Shown here: positions 13,257 through 25,561 of the stretch, piece by piece
Layout of the letters: the number at the start of each line of letters is the position of its first letter
Numbering within the stretch: the stretch's first letter is position 1
NCBI GenBank assembly: GCA_022813965.1
Contig: JALDZS010000066.1
Span: forward strand, 1-64,000
DNA: 64,000 bases
Origin: Toensbergia leucococca
Lineage: Eukaryota
Direction: 5' to 3'
Notes under the pieces: model-generated
The model's input: only the letters and a program-made list of their open reading frames with translations
What the model was told of the DNA's origin: nothing
Database searches by the model: none
Program-made: the position numbers and the translations under genes

Positions 13257-14320
13257 TAAAAGCTCGCGTCGATTCATACGAGCTGAAAGCCATCTATCAT
13301 TTTTCTACATAATGGAGACTTTTCTTGCATCAAGTCCTTGAGTGTAGCAGATGAGAAGATCATCGTATCGAGAGGATTTTAGGACAGGTTTCAAGATGCA
13401 GGTTGAATAGCCCAGGCACTAGAGAAGCGAGGAAGAATGGTAAGGTTTTCTTTCCACGCGCTGCATTCAATTCTTCATCCCATTATCTCTGGAGACTTTC
13501 GATTACCTTCTTTTTCCTAAATTCGTTTTGTGGGCAATTGACGGCGTGGTTGTCCTGAGTCACGGCCTAATCAAGTGGGAGCGAGCTGGTCGTCTTGCCG
13601 TTATTAAAGAGAACGATGTACGGAAGGAGACCGCCTTGATGCTCTGGAGAAGTACTTCGGGATCCACCTCAGTCAAAATAATCGAAGCGCTATGAGAGGT
13701 ACAGCGGTAGAGCTGCAAGCGATGAGGTTCGAGATTGGATACTTGACTGACTAGTACTAGCTGCTTTTTTTGTCCTACACAGAAGGTAATCATCAAGGGA
13801 AAGCGTATGATGATGCTGTGGGTGCTATTAGAGATGGAGTCGCGGAAAAACTAAAGCTGCAAAGGCATTTCTAGTGCAATGGCATCTCTAGCATGAAATG
13901 GAAACGGTACTCGTATGCTTGAATTTCAAATGTGATTTCATCTGAAGTCAGAAAATGCACGGAAATTGTTCGAAACCCCTTCAGATACCCGTGGCGTAGT
14001 GAGAATATCACCATAGGCTAAGCATTGGAGGTTGAGGGTTGACTCCTCTTCCTTTGCAGCCTCTGATACAAAGACATGATGTGGGCCGTAAGCATTGGGC
14101 CTCGAATCCACCTTCATTTGAAGGATGTCTTCTCACCAGCTGGCGCTTTCTTTAGACTGGCCATCAAGACAACTTTCACAGACTTTGACTTCGAAAGACG
14201 GCAAAGATTTGTATATTGTACTTATCTTGAGTCCTAGCTCAATTAACGAGGAACCCAAGGATATGATTTCCAAGATCAAACCAATTCCATGAACGAGAAT
14301 TGATATTAGGATAAGACTGT

Positions 14321-14760
14321 TCAAGAATGCACAGTCTTAACAATAGTAATGCCAGCCACTAACATGCAAACGAAAGCCGCAACAAAGGTAGCTGCAACCG
14401 TCTGACAGCATCGCATCTCCTTGGTCCGCTTCGCCTTACGCTCATAAAGCGAATCGCACGCTTCACAGTGGACATGTGGTATTGACCGATCAGCTCGGAA
14501 GGGAAGCTCGTCAGGAATTCTAGGGTGCTGGTGAGGCTGGGATCGGGACTCGAGCTCATGCTCGGAAAGGTCATCGTCTTGAGCGACAGAAGCGTACTAG
14601 GGTTCGTTTTTAGCTAGGTTGGATGAGTTTCAAGCATGCAGAAGGGTTGGCTGACTGCTGTTGCTGAGCTAGAAGGAGGGGTTTGATTGACGGGATGGTT
14701 GTGGTATATTTCTTCGTAGGAGGGAGCGAGGTCGTCGGTGGGAGGGGTAGCTTTACTCAT
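14321..14760 (-). CDS. Small 126-aa tail-anchored protein, not in the ORF track
   Basis: Exon 1 14760-14656 (MSKATPPTDDLAPSYEEIY..), intron 14655-14597 (GTCAGC..CTAAA..TAG), exon 2 14596-14321 (..HVHCEACD..RCCQTVAATFVAAFVCMLVAGITIVKTVHS*). Confidence 0.75.
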
Positions 14761-15543
14761 GTTTGTGTCGCTGTTGAGATGCAAGTGGTGAGGGATACTG
14801 TCAAGCTGGGTATGTTCTTTGGAGAATGTCGGCGTGGTGAAGATGGAAGTGAGTGTTTTGCTTGCAAGTCACCGCCTGGGGCTGAATACAACCCGATCTT
14901 TGTGACGCGGCCGAAACAAGGCAATTGATTGGCTAATTGTTGGCGCACCAGGCTTCCTGTTGATATTCTCGTCTTTGCAAAACCTATCCACCTCTTGCAC
15001 ATATCAATTTTACATGTTTCACGAGTGATCAAAACACATATATACCACTGCCATCACCATCATCTGCGTTACTGCTATCTAGATTGGATTCTCTAGACGA
15101 TTAATTAAGACTCCCGTTGAATCGAGGTATCATGGCCACCCAATTAATGCCTCTGGATGGCCTGAATCAATGTCAGATGTTTATGAAGCAACTGATAAGA
15201 GAGGCATAGAACCTCCGCAGTATTGAAACACGGGAGGCCAATCGTCAGTGCGCATGCTGGCGCGGAATTGGTGCGAGATGGCTTGCAAGTTGCAAAGCCC
15301 AACGTCATCGGTGCCTGGTTCAAGAAAGCCTAGGTAGATGAGGTTGCAGTGTTGGCCAGTTTCATGCAAATTGCTTGAGCTCGTCAAGCCAGTGCATGAA
15401 GACCAACAGTGTATGCTGAATATAGCTCCCCAAGGTCAACGATCAATTGAACATACAGATTCAACAACCCTCCAGTTTGAATATTCTACAGAGCCATTCA
15501 ACGACTAAATCATTTCCTCATACTCTGTAAAGCACTAGTATTC

Positions 15544-16797
15544 ATGGGCAACGCTTTCTCTCAACTGTTTCCTCCAGAGACAGATTTCACTGAAAAGAAC
15601 CTGCCCGATCAATCAGAAAAGGTGCGTATATCCCAGGAGTTTCATAGAAAGTCTTCACTCTAATCCAATGATAGGTCTTCATAGTCACCGGCGGCTCCTC
15701 GGGCGTGGGCGCCGAACTCGTCCAAATCCTATACCAGCACAATGCCAAGATCTATCTCGCCGCCCGATCGGAAGAAAAGTCACTCCGAGCAATCGAGGGT
15801 ATCAAATCCCGCACCCCAGACTCAAAAGGCCAGATTATGTTTCTTCACCTTGACCTGGACGACCTAACCACCATTAAGAAATCCGCCGAAAACTTTCTCA
15901 GCAAGGAAGACCGCCTTGATGTCCTCTGGAACAACGCCGGCGTCATGACGCCCCCGCAAGGCAGCAAGACAAAACAGGGCTACGAGTTGCAACTCGGGAC
16001 CAACAACCTCGGTCCCTTCCTGTTCACCAAGCTCCTGCTCCCCCTCGTGGCTAAAACGGCAAAGACAAGCCCTACAGACAGCGTCCGCGTGGTCTGGGTG
16101 TCTTCCTCCGCCACCGAAGTCTACACCTCCACTGGCGGCGTCCACCTTGACAATCTCGACTACCACAAAGACGAGTCTACGCGGTTCAAGTACGGCGTCA
16201 GCAAAGCCGGCAACCTCTTCCACGGCACCGAACTCGCCAAGCGTACCCAAAAAGAGGGTATCATCAGCGTGGTATATTTCTCGTTTCCCTCTAAAAAAAT
16301 CAGCCGGTCGTAATACTAACTTTACCACAGGCTCTAAACCCGGGGAACCTGAAATCGGAACTGCAACGCCATGTCCCCGCCCCACTAAAATTGATCCTTA
16401 ACGTGAATTACCCTTAAATCCAATACCCCTTAACCCGCCCTACCCCGGCCCACCATCTCCCCTACTAACCCCTCTCCCCAGACCTTCATCCACCACACCC
16501 CCATCCACGGCGCCTACACCGAGCTCTTCGCCGGCCTCTCCCCAGCCGTAACAGCCTCCAAGAACGGCGCCTGGAGTAAGTCTCACCGTCCTGGCCCCAC
16601 TACCACCGCATCCCTCCCCCCAAAAGCTAAAATCGCCCTTTTTACTAACGTTGCGCGCCAAAGTCATACCATGGGGTCGCTTCGGGCCTCTACGCAAGGA
16701 CCTTGTCGCAGCGCAGAAGACGGAAGAGGAGGGCGGGACGGGGATCGCGGCCAAGTTTTGGGAGTGGAGCGAGGAGCAGGTGAAGCCGTATGTTTGA
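15544..16797 (+). CDS. Short-chain dehydrogenase/reductase (retinol-dehydrogenase-like)
   Basis: VTGGSSGVG Rossmann motif, LWNNAG, catalytic YGVSK, NPGNL, IPWGR, FWEWSEEQV; 4 GT-AG introns. Confidence 0.93.
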
Positions 16798-17369
16798 GGT
16801 ACCATGCGAGTGAGGGATAAGGGTTGGAAAGAGATGTGTGGGAATTGGACCTTTGTGGAAAGGGATGTATGGGAAGGGGAAGTGTGGAGATCCGGACGCC
16901 GTGGAAATGGGTGTGCGGAAAAGGGAATTGTCGGAAAGTAAAGAGTCGAATTCAGTAATGGTCGCTCCGAGAAAACACCAACAGCCACTCCCGTGGGACT
17001 CTCCACGTATCTCTTTGTACCCCCAACGATAGCTTCGTTCAACTCACCAGAACGGCGCACGTATTAACCCAATGGGTATTCAATTTAGTACAATTTAGTA
17101 AAACTTTCGAGCTAGGTAGATTCACCGGTATTTCATCGGCAGTGATGTCCGAGCCTCCGCGGTATTTACTACAGTGGCGCAAGTGTCTAGGTGACCCCGA
17201 TAGATAGTATGCGAAAAGCAACATATCAAAGCCTCTTCAAGCGAAGTGGGCAACAGCACAATAGCAATGCCACAATTCGCCATCGCCAGCAAAACGCCAA
17301 TCAGCCCGGCCCCCTCCTGCAAACGCCCCCCGCCCCCCGGCCCCCCCTTTCCAACAAACAATCATCCAT

Positions 17370-18794
17370 CTAAGCCGTCCCCCTCGGTTTAGCCTTGGCC
17401 TCCTTCTTCGCCTTCTGCTCGAACTTCTTCTTCTTATTCTGCTCCTCCCTCCTCACCTCATTCTTGCGCTTCAACCCCTTAACCTCCTCCTCTGTCTTCT
17501 GCACCGGTTTGAAAAATCCCTCCAACCGCGCCTGCTGCGCCGTCTTCAAATTCTTTTGCAGCTTCGTTGCCGCGTTGCGCACGCGGTCTTCGCTGAAGCC
17601 CTTTTCCTCCACGAGGAATTTGACCAGGCCGTCGACGTCGGGGGCGTTCCATTTGATGTCGCAGGAGGGGTGGTCGGGGGGCAGGACATCCGGGTTGAAG
17701 AAGAGGTCGCGGGCGTCTTTGTAGGGCCAGTCGTCTGGGATGGTGTATCTTTTCTTGGGGTCTTTTTGGATGAAGTCGACGACGGCTTCGAGGGTTCCGT
17801 GGTCACGAATCAATTTTAGGGCGGCGGCGGGGCCGACTTTGGGGATTGTGTCTAGGTAGTCGCAGCCGAGAAGGATGCAGAGGTCGGTGAACTGGGGGTT
17901 GGGGGTCAGGGCTTTCTGGTGGGTGGTGGGGTAAACAGGTGATGACTTACTTGCTTTCGTTCCATGCCTAGGCCTGCGAGGACGAGGTCGAGATGGATTT
18001 CTTGGATTGGTTCTTTGCGTTGTTCGCTGAAGGTGAGATGGCGGAGTAGGATGGGTGAGTCGAAACAAAGCGTGTCCATGTCTTCTGAAGCTGCGGCATA
18101 GACTTTTCCTGCTCTGGCTAGTACCGCACACTGTGCTTCAGCTTCCGTCGGCGCGACGATATATGGAACCCCCATCAACGTCAGTAGCCTCTTGCATTCG
18201 TCATTGTGTTCCCTCGTCACTCGGACCGTTCGCCTCGAGAACTTCTCCACCTCCTCGGCCGTTCCTGTCTCTTTTGCTTCCTCGTGGGCCTCTGTAGCTT
18301 CCGACTTCCTCTGCACTCGCTTTGCCAGTTCTCCTGATTTCAGCTTTGGGGGTGCGCCGTCGAACACATATACGGGCTTTATACCGTTTTCGACAATGCG
18401 TAGTGTGCGGTAGAACATGCCCATGATATGTGAAGTTGTCTCGCCGGATTCGTTCATGAGTTGTTGGCCATCGGATCGGACGGCGATTAAGAAGCTGTAG
18501 ATGCTCATGGAGCTAGAGGGCATTTGAAGTCAGATCTTCATGCTCTTCGAGGCAATTGAGAGCAGTTTCATACGCATCCTTTGTAAGGGTCAGTCATAGA
18601 AGGGAAGTGTCTTTGAAAGGAGAAGAGCTTACTATTGCGACCTTTCGACCGAAATGATGCTTAATCTCACCCGTTTTGATTGCATCCGGGGCATTTTCAT
18701 GGATCACCTTGGTGAGGTCTGGATGATGTAAGCAATTGATTTGCAAGGGTGTATGACAGTTCGGTAGGGCATTTTGTATACCTTTGATACCCAT
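17370..18794 (-). CDS. FEN1: Flap endonuclease 1
   Basis: [47 protein letters not shown] box QARLEGFF; includes 5-nt exon 18578-18574. Confidence 0.98.
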
Positions 18795-18887
18795 CTTGTT
18801 GGCTGTAGGAGCTCTGATGCGAATTGTTGGAAGTCTGCGGAGCTCAGAGACCACAAGACTGCACGCGCATTTCTGTGCGCAGGCGAA

Positions 18888-18893
18888 ACGCGT
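18888..18893. promoter_or_regulatory. MCB box (ACGCGT) upstream of FEN1
   Basis: Exact MluI cell-cycle box ~95 bp upstream of the FEN1 ATG; such boxes are typical of G1/S genes. Confidence 0.55.
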
Positions 18894-18955
18894 CGGACTT
18901 AAGGTGGCACTTACGGATAGAGTATTCTAAGGTACCATTTAGAATAGTAAAGGTA

Positions 18956-19639
18956 GGCTACTGATGTATGGACGCCCCTTTTTGATACATTGACGCCCCC
19001 CCCCACCTTCCCCCCCCAAACTAGTGCCCGGGCGCAAACCCACCGAGGCAAAATCTATCATTTCGCACCACATCTTGCCTCGATTCCCGACCACTTTGCA
19101 AGTCAATTACCCGTTCCATTTGCATGCCATCTATCGCCTGGGGAATCATCCTGATATCGTACCACGTTTTCACCTAATTCTCCACCCTGGGCGCAATACA
19201 TCATGGATTCCAATCTACCCTCATCTGATGAACTTGAGCCCTCACCTTCACCTCCACCCACAGCCATGAGTCTTGCTGGTGCAGGGTGAGGGGAAGGTGC
19301 AGAAGCGAATATGAACGTTACCGTGCCTGTGAATAACAGAGTATTTCATGATTTTGGAAGGAGGTAGATAGCTTGCAAAATCATGATGTTTTTGCGCCCG
19401 GGGGTGAGGGAATCAAGTTAGGATGTGGTACAAAAGCATGGTTTTTCTCCTAGGTAATTTGGCTTCTAGATGGCACGCAATTGGAACAGGTAATTGGCTT
19501 GCAAAGTGGTAGAGAATTGAGGCAAGATGTGGTGCGAAATGATAGATTTTGCCTCGGTGGGTTTGCGCCCGGGCATTAGTTGGGGGGGGTTGGGGGGGGC
19601 GTCAATGTATCAAAAAGGGGCGTCCATACATCAGTAGCC
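18956..19639. mobile_element. Non-autonomous fold-back DNA transposon (MITE-like) with long TIRs and 8-bp TSD
   Basis: Ends GGCTACTGATGTATGGACG.. and ..CGTCCATACATCAGTAGCC; arms highly similar for ~180 bp and alignable for ~270 bp; TAAAGGTA duplicated at 18948-18955 and 19640-19647; no transposase. Confidence 0.92.
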
Positions 19640-20037
19640 TAAAGGTATTGATCTGTAATTTACCAAATAAAGTAGTTATCTTCATATCATTTACAACCAC
19701 GAGAATCCTGGGAACAAAAAAAGGCACAGGAAAAGAATAAAAGACGTCAGAAAATGGGGGGGCACCAGGGGGTGTGAATGAAAGATGAAGCGTGAGTGGC
19801 GTCACTCCCAGACCGTGCATCAGTTTTGGGCGAGACACTCAGCCCCCAAAATGCAAAATGCGACAGAGAAAGACAACATGCACATCATTCTCAACATCCT
19901 CAATAAAAATTCACGATGTTATTGATCGAACGCCCCGCTATGAGATATCTATTCTACTGGAGTCTACCTGACTTACCTGCGCATATGCTGTTACGAATGC
20001 TTTTTGAAGCACGCTGCTCTCTTCATCTCAATTGATA

Positions 20038-20870
20038 TGACAATGCCTTTCAAGACATTCAAAATTGTTATCAACGCCTATAAAGACGCTGACTACCGGC
20101 AGACCGCAAAGGACATGCACTTTGTATCTCAGGAAGATCTGGTAGCGACGAACTCGGTTTTGCTCAGAATATGGTTCCGCTCCCAAGAATTTGAATGCCG
20201 GAAGAACAGCCGGAAAGCAGTCGTGCTGACAGCGTCTGAAGGTGGCTAGAGGATCATCAACTCTTCAATAGACCACCAAAGGCCCATCACGCGACCGGCG
20301 AACCACGTCGTCATGGTAAAGGTACAAGATATGTTCATAAAACAGGTCATCGCTTTGATTACTCGTATATTGAACCGGAAGTAATTCAGTCCCAAGAAGA
20401 TCTTAGCAGACTTTCAAAACACGACTCGATGACCTTCGTAAGATCTTGGGTCTGCAAGGTCAGTCATGGCAAGAACAGGATTGAGCTTCTAAGTCTGGCT
20501 CGAGAGGCTTGGAATAGATCAAAATTTGTCCGTAGCGGCACTGTTGCACCTGAAGAGGTTTGATATAGCGCAGACCTCAATGGACTGTTGAAAGACGATC
20601 TGCGGACATGGTTTCGGTCTCAGGAATGGACGCGGGGTACTGATAAGAAGAAATGAGCAGAAATACTAGATCTAGCTCATAGAATATGGAATATCCCAGA
20701 GACCGGCCGTCGAGAGTTTGGATCTCCTGCAGACCTCAACGAACTATCAAGTACAGGCTTGCGGACATAGATTCAATCTTAGAGGTGGGTGCAGGGCGTA
20801 ATTGACATGAGAATTGCAGTAAGATTACATGCGTGTGCCGTCACTACAACGAAGTGGCCGGACTTGAGGC
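20038..20870 (+). pseudogene. Decayed gene with four tandem ~55-aa helical (SAP/HeH-like) repeats
   Basis: Units SQEDL..LRIWFRSQEF; SQEDLSRLS..RIELLSLAREAWN; ADLNGLLKDDLRTWFRSQEW..*AEILDLAHRIWN; ADLNELSSTGLRT*IQS*RW; one frameshift near 20240 and four stops. Confidence 0.7.
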
Positions 20871-20917
20871 TAATGTTGCTGGTGCATCCATACAACCGGT
20901 GTGGATTGAAAATTTTT

Positions 20918-22451
20918 CTAGGAACGCCAACTCAAACTGAAAACGGGAGCCGTAGGTCTCGATAATCCAACCTCGAGAGTGCCATCCGCGCTTTTTATAC
21001 TCGTAGGAATCGATTCGCCTTTTCTCTCAAGTACAATTTTGGGCCGTCCTTCAGCGGTAGGGTCAGGCAGCTTGTAGAAGCGCCTTCCAGACCGACTCAG
21101 GAATTGCTCGAGTCGCTCCTGCGTAACTTCGTGTTCCTCAATTACTCCCTTTTCGACTGCTTCTTGGAGCGCCAGAATGACAAGCTGGGTAGTGAAGGGC
21201 TGTGTAAACACTCCCGCTGGCACTAGTTGACGACCTTGCGTCTTGGAAGCCAAGGAATGCGGCGCGCTATCACTACCACTAAACGGCAAACAGGGTCAAC
21301 ATAAAAGGCACTTTGAAAGGGTTGGCGCAACTTACAAGAAGAACTTAGGTTCGCCGCTACACACGGCTTTAATCAGAGCATCTCGATCTGATGGCGTCTG
21401 TGGAATAGGCTTGCAAAAAGCCAGAGGATCTGCTTGACTAATATCCCCTGTCAGGTAGAGGTGATGTGCCGTAATTGTTCCTGCAGATCCCGTATGTTTT
21501 AGAAGGATGCCAGCAAAAGTGGAAGCAGACTAGGGTAACCATGGAATTCAGAAATTAGGAATAGCTGGAGAAAGAACGAACCGGCAACTGATAGGCCGCA
21601 AGCCCGTACGGCATCCAGAGCCGCTGCGGTAGAGCAATGCTGTAAAGCATCAGTATAACATCGTGCAATTGATAATGGGAACCTACTCGCCTCGAGGATG
21701 CATCGAAGTCGGGGGAACTTCTCATGAAGCCTCTTCAATTCTGGTAAGAAAGCTTCTTCGAGGGAAGTGCCGTCGCTTGGTAGAGACCCCGGCATCTCCC
21801 CATGCAAGTTCAGCACAAGATCATACTGTTCCATAGTGGCGAAGACAGCACTATAGGTCTTCAGAAAATCCGCTGCGACTCCTGACTCCGAGTTCGTAGT
21901 GACACCTAAAATACATCAATACTGCACCTTCGGAGTGCAGAGCCCTTGTCATGAACACCTTACCTTGAGGGTACATCTTGACTCCGGTAACACCAGCTGC
22001 TGCGGCCTCAGCGATTACCTCTGGGGTAACGGAAGGATGAAGCTGGTATTTTTAACTTAAGCTACAATTCGCAATAACATCTTCTGGGTAACCCACGTAA
22101 AGAGACATGAGATAATGGACTCTAGGTTCAATAGACCGTAGGCGAGAGTGATATTCCAGAGCTTGAGCTACACTTGTAATAGGCGGCTGTAAGTTTGGCT
22201 ATCAACCAGGTCAATGAATGGCAGACGGACATATTGGGAGGTCTACGTGCCATGACAAAGACTGTGTCTACTCCTCCTTTACGGATTTGAGGGACCACCA
22301 ATTCCATGACCTGCAGGATTAGGAATAACATCAGTCCAGTCCAGTCTAGTACGGGCAGGGGCCTAGGGAGGTTAACCTGGTCCTGCCTCAAATGAACATG
22401 CATATCTGCCGACGGTGGTAATTCCAAACGTTGTACATCTTTCAGCTTCAT
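20918..22451 (-). CDS. URA4: Dihydroorotase (homodimeric type)
   Basis: DMHVHLR, VM|PNLQPP, KMYPQ|GVTTNS, LNLHGE, LE|HCST, ITAHHL, FCKP, GSDSAPH; 7 introns, two of them GC-AG. Confidence 0.96.
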
Positions 22452-23228
22452 TTTGCTGGAGAAAGCTTTTTCTCTGAATAATTTTGAAGCTCAAGAAACT
22501 ATGATGAATACACTGCGCAATGGATCGATTCAGGTCGGCTACCCTTTGCTTATGCCGGGTTGACCAACAAATTATAGGTAAATTTGGGTAGGGTACAGTT
22601 TGCGTGGTGTAAGAAGCTTGATTCGAGATAGACACTGGCCGGCAAGATATACTGTTGGAATTAGACACTCTGATTGGTCGACGGAGCTAGGTAGGTCTGA
22701 ACACCAGGATTTCTTTTTACTATGAAAATTTCGGGATCACTTAGAATATGCGACTATATTTTGAGGCAATCTAATCCCATGATAATGTTCCACAAGCTAT
22801 ACACGTATGATTTGTTGTTCTAAGATCTGAGTACTGCTCCACCTAGGTATCGAACAGGTGGTGTCTCTCAGACGGAAGATGCATACATACTAGGCGCGCG
22901 TTGAGCGGCAGGCCGATTACGTCATACGAGTACACTAGCTTCTATTGCACTTGAGAAGTTAATTGATGCAATCTTCCGTGCAGACCATTCGATGTTGTAG
23001 AGCCTCAGATATTGCTGCAACTACAACATCGATCGTCGAAGATCAGGTAGGCATTCTCGTCTATTTACTGAATGATGACGGAATTGGGGCTCTACTCATA
23101 GTCTTCTGGATGACGTCGAGCCTCGGGATCGGATGGCCTTCGGCACTTCAGAATGTGGAGAAATTGGACATTTCTTTACTACTAAATGTCAACACATATT
23201 GTGATCAACATTGCTTCAATTGCTCATT

Positions 23229-24674
23229 ATGATCAGAAGTGCTCTGAGACACAGTCCTAGACCGTTAGCTAATGCTGCTTGCATATCAAATGCAGGCAGA
23301 CGGTATGCACATGCTCCGGTGACATTCAATTGGCAGGACCCGTTGGACTCCGCCTCCCTCTTCACTGAAGAGGAGTTAGCGATTCAAGAGACTGCAAAAT
23401 CATACTGCCAGGAGCGCATGTTACCGCGGGTGCTGGGTGCGTGAGATACAGCCTACTCAAGGAGCCTAAATTAATACATGGTACTCTTAGACGCCTATCG
23501 AGCAGAGCACTATGACAAAAAGATCCTTGAGGAGATGGGTGAGCTCGGACTCTTGGGAGCAACCATTAAAGGTTACGATTGTGCTGGCGTCAGTAGTGTT
23601 GCATCCGGACTCATTACAAGAGAAGTCGAAAGAGTAGACTCAGGATACCGATCAGGCATGTCTGTTCAGAGCGCGCTCGTCATGGGTGGAATAGATGAGT
23701 TTGGGACGCAAGAGCAGAAAGAAAGATTCCTTCCCGGCCTTGCAAAAGGAAGACTTCTAGGCTGCTTTGGCTTGACGGAACCTAACCATGGCTCGGATCC
23801 TGGTTCTATGGAGACAACTGCCAAACCACATCCATCCAAGAAAGGCTTTCTTTCAATATCAGGTTCCAAAACCTGGATCACCAATTCCCCTATCGCGGAT
23901 GTGTTGCTCGTATGGGCAAAGCTACAGAGCACAGGCAAGATACGGGGCTTCCTATTAGTACGCGATCAATGCCCACCAGGAACATTAGAAACACCACCTC
24001 TGAAGAACAAGAACGGTCTTCGGGCCTCGATAACCGGCATGATCCATCTCGACGAATGCCCCATCCCAGAAGCAAACATGTTCCCAGACGTGGAGGGCCT
24101 AAGGGGTCCCTTTAGCTGCCTCAACTCCGCCAGATTCGGTATCGCTTGGGGCACCATCGGCGCACTGGAGGATTGCATCGACAGGGCTAGAACATACGCC
24201 CTCGAACGCAAGCAATTCAAAAACAATCCAATAGCAAAGTATCAGCTCGTGCAAAAAAAGCTTTCGGATGCCGTCACTGATGCGGCATATGGCATTCTGG
24301 CGGCCACTCAAGTTGGTCGGTTGAAGGACGAGGGGAAGGCGGCACCGGAAATGATTTCGATGATCAAGAGGCAGAATTGTGATCGAGCATTGATGAATGC
24401 TAGAGTGTGAGTCTATTCCACATCTCGTGCGTGGACTATGTACTGACTGGACCAAACAGCCTACAAGAAATTTTTGGCGGCAACGCCGTTAGTGATGAGT
24501 ATGCCATTGGAAGGCACGTCGCCAATCTTTTCGTGACGCAGACGTACGAAGGCCAGAGTGATATACATAGTGAGTAAATTGAGTTCCCCCAAGATAATAT
24601 ACTTTGATACTGAAATATTTCCGTCAGGCTTGATACTTGGAAGGGCTATTACCGGCATCCAGGCATTTGTGTAG
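23229..24674 (+). CDS. GCDH: Glutaryl-CoA dehydrogenase, mitochondrial
   Basis: FNWQDPL, ERVDSGYRS, GCFGLTEPNHGSDP, KTWITNSP, TYEGQSDIH; Arg-rich presequence. Confidence 0.95.
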
Positions 24675-25561
24675 AAAGAAGTAACAAATATTTTCAAATG
24701 TACATATTGTAGAATGCAAAAGCACAGCCACTTGGAAAACATAGGCTAGCCATTGCTTCAGTGAAAGGCGAACATGCTGCGACTTAGAATTGCTTTCAGC
24801 TCGTTGGATTCTCTATGCTCGAGTAGACCACTACCCCAAGTCGTACACTTTGAGATGGCCAGGTGTGTAGTATTAAGCATCTGCCACAACTCTCAGAAAG
24901 AGCGCACATTCTCCCCAAGGCTGGATTATGAAAAGCTGTAAAGGTAGGTACCCACCTCGCACAAAAAAAAGGCACCTCTAACCTAATTCTTCAAAAGCAT
25001 ATAACCTGATTGCTCCACTTACTGTACAATCTGGCACACAACATATGAACCCACTTACGAGGTGATACTGAGCGAGAAGGGAAGGGTTCCGAGTGGACGT
25101 TTGGAGATTGAGGGGATTTGTGGTGATGTACCTCAAGTACCTCACTTATGATGAGAAGTCCAAAGGTACCTTAGGTATGTGTTCCATTTCGTCATCTTTG
25201 ATCAACTCGCTTTCGCTGTCCTCGTCGGTGTCAAAGACAAATCATCTGCATTCGTCACCTGGGGTATCGTTCTCTTTACTCCCTCTTTTTTCTCCTGCAT
25301 CCTTCTCTTCCTCCTTGAACTGATACAAGATTGGAAGTGCATGTCTTTCCCGTTCTTGTTTATTGTTCAATAACCCACTTCTGTGCCTGAAATGTTATAT
25401 AAAAGTTCAAGACTCGGCTTTCTCTGAGCATGACTTGAACATAACAACACTCCGGCCTATAAGTGATGGTTCTGGTTAGCCATTTGATGACGAGCTGTTT
25501 AGGATGTTATATTTGATTTTTGTTTCCTAGGCTATGCGACAAAAAAAGACGATCCCAGTCC

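Noticed and set aside
7624..16797. ABC transporter plus SDR as a secondary-metabolite cluster
   Set aside because: No PKS, NRPS, terpene synthase or cluster transcription factor in the window
20730..20790. TAG stops as A-to-I editing targets
   Set aside because: Editing would not repair the frameshift or restore the Gln/Arg seen in sister repeats; decay is the simpler explanation
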